A DNA stretch of 32,000 bases from Archangium gephyra (GTDB lineage: Bacteria; Myxococcota; Myxococcia; Myxococcales; Myxococcaceae): assembly GCA_943370055.1 (NCBI GenBank), contig CALRPN020000001.1:31199-63198 (forward strand), written 5' to 3'. Under the pieces are notes generated by a model. It searched no databases and was not told where the DNA came from. It was given only the letters and a program-made list of their open reading frames with translations. Made by a program: the position numbers and the translations under genes. Positions 27,433-32,000 of this stretch are shown one piece after another. Position 1 is the stretch's first letter; every line of letters begins with the position of its first letter.

Positions 27433-27674
27433 AGATCATCATGCGGGACGACCGGGTGTTCGAGGGAACGCCGGTTCAGATTGTTCGGGCGATGAAGGAC
27501 ATTGCCTTCGGCGTCGAGCACCTGAACCTCGCGCGGTACATCGACTGGGTGGTGGCCAACGCGAAGAAGTTCGAACTGGTCGAACTCAAGGTCACCGGCA
27601 CGACCGACGACGAGCTCTCCGCGGCGCTGGTTGAAGAGATGATCCGCACCGGACTTACCCGCCGCTCAGGCTGA
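27429..27674 (+). CDS. Hypothetical protein (81 aa), last gene of the amidoligase operon
   Basis: ATGA overlap with the upstream stop. [27 protein letters not shown]...; no motif recognised. Confidence 0.5.
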   Translation: MKIIMRDDRVFEGTPVQIVRAMKDIAFGVEHLNLARYIDWVVANAKKFELVELKVTGTTDDELSAALVEEMIRTGLTRRSG

Positions 27675-27909
27675 AACGCCGACACGCGCCTCCGGGAACG
27701 ATTGCTGTAGAACAGAGGGTAGCCCTGCATGCCCGGGCGACGCCATCCTGAACTGCGATCGCGGAGCGCGAAGTAGTTGGCGATTCGACAGATTCAGCGG
27801 CAAACCAAAGGCCGATGCTCAGACGAGGCAAAGGCCATGTGGTGGGTGTACATGGAGGTCGCCTTTGCTCCTTGACGCATCTTGACGCGCCGGAAAAGAC
27901 TCAGACTAC

Positions 27910-28950
27910 ATGGCACTCCGAACGTTCCTACATCCGGTAGTTCTCGTGCTTGCGGCAGTCCCATTCGCGTCGGGCTGCACGTCGGAGCACTTCCTCAAGA
28001 AAGCTGTGCGTGACGGCTACGGGCTTGAGCCAGTTCGAGTGTTCAGGACTGATCTCAATGTCGGTACAGTCTTGAACAAAGATGACGTTCTGCAGATGGG
28101 CCCTACCGTCGATGGTTGCACAGAGCCCACTGTGGCCGGCAATCTGACAACCAAGGCAGCGTCGAGTTCTGTGTCGGAACTTAGCGCCGCTCTGCAGGTC
28201 TCCGGCGTCAAGCTCAAGCCAAGTCTCGCGGCTGAATTTGATGATGGCTTCACTTTTTCTGCAAGTAAGGTCACTACCCAAGTACTGCCTCTTGCGGTCT
28301 TCACCGGATCCGTCCTGCCAGAGTCATATTATTCGAACGCCACGATACAGACGTTGGTTGATGCGGATGCAGCTTTTGTGGTTTCACAAGTAGTCTGCGC
28401 GAAGAAACTGACGATTACTTTTCACAAAAAGTCTACCCTCGCTGCCGGGATAACTGTCGCCGAGAACCTGCCCGCGGTGGGCGAAGGCTCATTCAAATGG
28501 TCGGATTCTGGCGATGGGACCTTGGAGTACGAAGGGGAAATTCCGATCTGTTTCGCGTTCTCGAAGGAAAAAATTATCTCTTCAAACGTCGGCGACAGTT
28601 CAGTTAGGTGTCCGAGCGACGAGACCTTAGAGACTGGGACAGGGGCAAGCGAGAAGTGCGTGCGCGCCTACCTTAGTCGAGCCGAACAACGGATCAAACC
28701 GGGCTACCCGCAAACGGAGGCGGGGATCCAGGAGGTTCAGATGGCTAAGCGGGGTATCGACCAATCCAGGATATCTGTTCGAAATGCCTATATGCAATAC
28801 AACGCAGTGGCTATTCCGTGCGCTTGTGCAGGAAAGAATGAGAAGGCCTGCCCGGGCTTGAAGGACGCGAAGGAGCGGCTTACGCAGACGCTTTCCAACG
28901 TGCTTTCAGGAATAAAGCGAGGCGCCTTCTCAGGCGTCGAGTTTCGATGA
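27910..28950 (+). CDS. Lipoprotein of unknown function in a more A/T-rich segment
   Basis: LVLAAVPFASGC lipobox. 346 aa, with a beta-rich N-terminal two thirds and a Cys-containing helical C-terminus. Composition is clearly less GC-rich than the flanks. Confidence 0.7.
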   Translation: MALRTFLHPVVLVLAAVPFASGCTSEHFLKKAVRDGYGLEPVRVFRTDLNVGTVLNKDDVLQMGPTVDGCTEPTVAGNLTTKAASSSVSELSAALQVSGVKLKPSLAAEFDDGFTFSASKVTTQVLPLAVFTGSVLPESYYSNATIQTLVDADAAFVVSQVVCAKKLTITFHKKSTLAAGITVAENLPAVGEGSFKWSDSGDGTLEYEGEIPICFAFSKEKIISSNVGDSSVRCPSDETLETGTGASEKCVRAYLSRAEQRIKPGYPQTEAGIQEVQMAKRGIDQSRISVRNAYMQYNAVAIPCACAGKNEKACPGLKDAKERLTQTLSNVLSGIKRGAFSGVEFR

Positions 28951-29129
28951 GTCTCGATAGTTGTGAACGGCAGACAACTCCCTCAGCAAGCAGGGGCACG
29001 TGCTTGAGGATGTCCTTGGGCAGGCTCGAGTGATCGCGCGCCGAAGAGCGGCCGGGAGCCCCGCCCACGTCATCACCGTCGTGAGCGACGCGTGTGAGTC
29101 GAAGAGCGGCGGCTCGAGGGCGGGGTTGG

Positions 29130-29882
29130 TCACTGGCCGACCTCAAGGGTGAAGTCGGGCCTGAAGCCATCGACCAACTCGCCGACGTAGCCACGTGGGT
29201 TGCTGACCACTCGGGTCCCGCTGATGCGCTCGTCGAACGCGAGGTGCGTATGCCCGAAGACCCAGGCGTCGACCTTTGGGCCCATGAGGAACTCGAAGTC
29301 GCTGGCGTAGGCGCCCAGGAAGGGCGTGGAAGCGTCCTCCGGCTTGCAGCCGCGGAGCGTCGGTGCGTGATGCGTCACGACCACCGTCGGGCCCTCGTGC
29401 GGTTGCTCGAGTTGACCAGCGAGCCAGGCTCGAGCGCGCGCGTGCCACTTGAGCGTGTCGCTCGGTCGCAACCGGCTGAACGCAGGCGACACGCGGATTT
29501 TCTTGTAGTCGGACATGCCGTCGCGGGCGTGCTCCATCGCGAGCGCTGGGTCGACAGTGCCGTTGCCTCGCCAGTCGGTCCACAAGCTCGCGCCGAGGAA
29601 TCTGGTGCCGCCGATGACGACCGCATCGCAGTCGAGGACTTGAACGTTGCTGCCGACTGCGGCCTCCTTGAGCTTCTCGGTGAGGCGGGGAATCGCGCCG
29701 CCGTAGTACTCGTGGTTGCCCGCCACGTAGACGACGGGGCAGGGGAAGCGCTTCGCAAAGGCGACGCCGCGGCCCCTCACGTCGATGTCGCCGGCGAGGA
29801 TGACCACGTCCACGTCGTCGTTCGCGGGCGGGTCGAAGGGACCGAACTCGAGGTGCAGGTCTGAGTAGACGCGGATCCGCAT
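29130..29882 (-). CDS. Metallophosphoesterase (calcineurin-like) family protein
   Basis: MRIRVYSDLHLE, ILAGDI, VAGNHEYY, VVVTHHAP and VFGHTH are the five ordered metallophosphoesterase motifs. ATG at 29882; the upstream extension to 29969 is not needed. Confidence 0.85.
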   Translation of the reverse strand: MRIRVYSDLHLEFGPFDPPANDDVDVVILAGDIDVRGRGVAFAKRFPCPVVYVAGNHEYYGGAIPRLTEKLKEAAVGSNVQVLDCDAVVIGGTRFLGASLWTDWRGNGTVDPALAMEHARDGMSDYKKIRVSPAFSRLRPSDTLKWHARARAWLAGQLEQPHEGPTVVVTHHAPTLRGCKPEDASTPFLGAYASDFEFLMGPKVDAWVFGHTHLAFDERISGTRVVSNPRGYVGELVDGFRPDFTLEVGQ

Positions 29883-30215
29883 GACGTCCTCGAGTGACGA
29901 CCTCACCGTTGCGCCGCTGACGTTCAGCGGCCGAGGGCCTCTTCGTTCTCTCGCGGACCTCTTTGCCAACTGGTTCGCAGTCAGCGCCCTTCGACCCTGA
30001 ACGAAGCGACCTGCGAACCACTCGTGATTCCGACAGGTTCCAGCGCCCCAACGTTTAGCGTTTAGCAGAAGCCGTTAAACGCCGATCTCCGGACTCTCTG
30101 CGCGGGACGGAGAACCGAGAGCCGCGCTGTCCGAAACGGGCCCGCCGAGCTCACCGAGATTCTCTGCCGACGACCCGCAGAGAGCGCTTCCCTCGGGGAA
30201 CAACGGGGCAGGGGA

Positions 30216-30253
30216 GTAAAGCAAAGGGGCCGGTGCTTTTCGCAACCGGCCCC
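30216..30253 (-). terminator. Rho-independent terminator downstream of tRNA-Asn
   Basis: On the minus strand, the hairpin GGGGCCGGTTGC-GAAAA-GCACCGGCCCC is followed by TTTGCTTTAC. It starts 6 nt after the tRNA 3' end. Confidence 0.6.
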
Positions 30254-30259
30254 TAGTAG

Positions 30260-30332
30260 CTCCTCGACTTGGGCTCGAACCAAGGACCTACGGATTAACA
30301 GTCCGCCGCTCTACCAACTGAGCTATCGAGGA
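30260..30332 (-). tRNA. tRNA-Asn (anticodon GTT)
   Basis: The reverse complement folds as TCCTCGA-TA-GCTC-AGTTGGTA-GAGC-G-GCGGA-CTGTTAA-TCCGT-AGGTC-CTTGG-TTCGAGC-CCAAG-TCGAGGA-G. The 7-nt loop has U33 and anticodon GTT. CCA is not encoded. Confidence 0.9.
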
Positions 30333-30383
30333 ATACGACGCGCGCGTCTCTACGTTCCACGTTCGAGCCTGTCAACCCTGACG

Positions 30384-30971
30384 ATGATCCCACCGATCAA
30401 CATTCCCGAAGGGCTCATGCGGGCGGTCATCGCGGCCTACGCCTCCCCGCCCCGCGCGTACCACTCGTTCACGCACGTCCAGGAGGTCCTCAAGCACCTC
30501 TCGACGGTGCCCGACTGGGCGCACCCGAACGAGGTCTTCCTCGCCGCGCTCTTCCACGACGCCGTCTACGTCGCCGGCCAAAAGGACAACGAAACGAAGA
30601 GCGCCGAGCTCGCCCGCCAGGCCATCGACACCTTCCTCCCGCGCGCCGGGCTCGACGTCGACCTCATCACCCGCCTCATCGAGCTCACCGCGAAGCACGG
30701 CTCCGTCACGCCGCCCGACCCCGACGCCGCCCACTTCCTCGACGCCGACATGGCCATTCTCGGGAGCGACGCCACCACCTTCGACGCCTACGACGCCGCC
30801 ATCGCCGACGAATACCGCCCCGTCACCAACGCGCTCCTCTACCGCCTCGGCCGCCGCCGCTTCCTCTCGAAGCTGCTCGACGCACCCCGCATCTTCCACT
30901 CCGACCACTTCCACGCCCGCCTCGACGCGCCCGCGCGCTTGAACCTGCGCCGCGCCCTCGAACGCGAATGA
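30384..30971 (+). CDS. HD-domain-like metal-dependent phosphohydrolase family protein
   Basis: YHSFTHVQEVL and ALFHDAVY (H...HD) motifs. 195 aa. It resembles the small uncharacterised HD-superfamily proteins of bacteria. Confidence 0.65.
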   Translation: MIPPINIPEGLMRAVIAAYASPPRAYHSFTHVQEVLKHLSTVPDWAHPNEVFLAALFHDAVYVAGQKDNETKSAELARQAIDTFLPRAGLDVDLITRLIELTAKHGSVTPPDPDAAHFLDADMAILGSDATTFDAYDAAIADEYRPVTNALLYRLGRRRFLSKLLDAPRIFHSDHFHARLDAPARLNLRRALERE

Positions 30972-32000
30972 TCCCCCGCCTCCACGACGTGCCCTGGCAC
31001 GTCCTCCCGGGACTCGCGCCAATCCTCGAGCCCGCCCTCACCGCCGTGCTCGACGGCCGCCCCGCCGACGTCGTGCTCGACAAGCTCCTCCGCGCGAACC
31101 GCACGTTCACCACCGACCAACGCCGCGTCTGCGCCGAGTCGATCTTCGGTGTCGGCCTCTGGCGCCGCCGCCTGCGCGCCACCGTCGGCGCCCTTTCACC
31201 ACTCCACTTGCTCGCCAGCCTCGTGCGCGATCTCGCCGGCGTCACCCTCGACCTCGGCCTCGAGATTCCACCCGCCCGACCGCTCACCGACTTCCGCGAT
31301 CGCACCTCGATTCCCGACTGGCTCGGCGCGCTCCTCGACGAGCCCCTCGCCACCTCGCTCAACGAACCGGGACCCGTCACGCTCAGGGTGAACCGCGCCC
31401 GCGTCTCCCGCGACGACCTGTGCCGCCGCCTCGCCGACGAAGGCCGTCACACCGAGCCCGGCCGATGGAGCGACGACGCGCTCCACGTCACCACCCGCCC
31501 CGCGAACCTCACCGCCACCACCGCCTGGCGCGACGGCCTCTTCGAGATTCAAGACGAAGGCAGCCAGCTGCTCGCCGCCATCGTTCCCACGGGCGACTCG
31601 CTGCTCGACCTCTGCGCCGGCGCCGGAGGCAAGACGCTCGCCCTCGCGTCACGCCTGCCCACCGCGGCGCTCCACGCGACCGACGTCGACAAGGCCCGCC
31701 TCGAGCGGCTGCGCACCCGCGCGATCCGGGCCGGCGCCCGCGTGCGCATTCACCACACGCTCCCCGCCGACCTGCGCGTCACGCACGTGCTCGTCGACGC
31801 GCCTTGCTCCGAGCTCGGAGCCCTCCGCCGCGGCCCCGACGTGCGGTGGAGAATCGACCCCGCGACCTTCTCCACCTGGCCACCGATTCAACGCGCGCTG
31901 CTCGACACCGCCGCGTCACACCTGCTCCCGGGCGGCACCATCACCTACGCCACCTGCACGCTGCGCCCGGAAGAGAACGAGCAGGTGGTCGCCTCGTTCC
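30968..32000 (+). CDS. RsmB/NOL1/NOP2/Sun-family RNA m5C methyltransferase (3' end outside the window)
   Basis: Not in the ORF track because it is open-ended. My translation from ATG 30968 (ATGA overlap) gives FEIQDEGSQL, LDLCAGAGGKT, DAPCSELGALRRGPD and YATCTLRPEENE, the canonical SAM-binding and catalytic-Cys motifs. Confidence 0.85.
   Translation, partial: MIPRLHDVPWHVLPGLAPILEPALTAVLDGRPADVVLDKLLRANRTFTTDQRRVCAESIFGVGLWRRRLRATVGALSPLHLLASLVRDLAGVTLDLGLEIPPARPLTDFRDRTSIPDWLGALLDEPLATSLNEPGPVTLRVNRARVSRDDLCRRLADEGRHTEPGRWSDDALHVTTRPANLTATTAWRDGLFEIQDEGSQLLAAIVPTGDSLLDLCAGAGGKTLALASRLPTAALHATDVDKARLERLRTRAIRAGARVRIHHTLPADLRVTHVLVDAPCSELGALRRGPDVRWRIDPATFSTWPPIQRALLDTAASHLLPGGTITYATCTLRPEENEQVVASF

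Noticed and set aside
27910-28950. Possible bacterial gasdermin-like protein. The N-terminal region FLKKAVRDGYGLEPVRVFRTDLNVGTVL loosely recalls gasdermin N-termini.
   Set aside because: The protein has a clear lipoprotein signal peptide, whereas gasdermins are cytoplasmic. No adjacent protease gene is present. The resemblance is a short subjective motif only.
30062-30283. 73-aa minus-strand ORF.
   Set aside because: It overlaps the tRNA-Asn 3' end and its terminator hairpin. The translation is Arg/Ser-rich with no start context, so it is most likely non-coding.
30372-31380. Minus-strand ORFs 30372-31022 and 30823-31380, and the + ORF 31149-31391.
   Set aside because: They are antisense or off-frame to the HD-domain gene and to the RsmB/Sun-family gene, whose catalytic motifs are unambiguous. 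Their translations are low-complexity Gly/Arg/Val or Ser/Pro/Ala.

Overview
High-GC bacterial DNA. The cysteine-rich repeat lipoproteins and codon style suggest Myxococcota, but that is only an inference. About 2.8-23.9 kb is the tail and baseplate half of a P2/Mu-like contractile-tail prophage or tailocin-like element on the + strand. The gene order is tail assembly chaperone, tape measure, gpU-like, gpX-like, gpD-like hub, gpV spike, gp25/gpW, gpJ, gpI-like, fibre. No sheath, tube, capsid, lysis or integrase gene lies in the window. The tail operon is interrupted at four junctions by foreign-looking genes, mostly on the opposite strand. These are a collagen-like lipoprotein plus a TonB_C-like lipoprotein, a pentapeptide-repeat protein, a PLD/HKD nuclease with zinc ribbons, and a 3.8-kb block. 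That block holds a double-HTH regulator, a glycosyltransferase, an aberrant tRNA-like gene, a displaced copy of the glycosyltransferase 3' end and an EEP nuclease. Downstream of the fibre gene (24.0-27.7 kb) is a tightly coupled accessory operon. Its core is an Amidoligase_2-type enzyme followed by two AIG2/GGCT-like cyclotransferase paralogs and unknown small proteins. I consider this the most interesting uncharacterised system in the window. A more A/T-rich lipoprotein gene and a metallophosphoesterase follow. The accessory region ends at tRNA-Asn(GTT) (30260-30332, minus strand), after which housekeeping-type genes begin (an HD-domain protein and an RsmB/Sun-type methyltransferase). The first 2.8 kb encodes a large cysteine-rich repeat protein with a YWTD-like propeller and a 15-bp coding tandem repeat. 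All functional calls come from reading motifs in the supplied translations; no database search was run.
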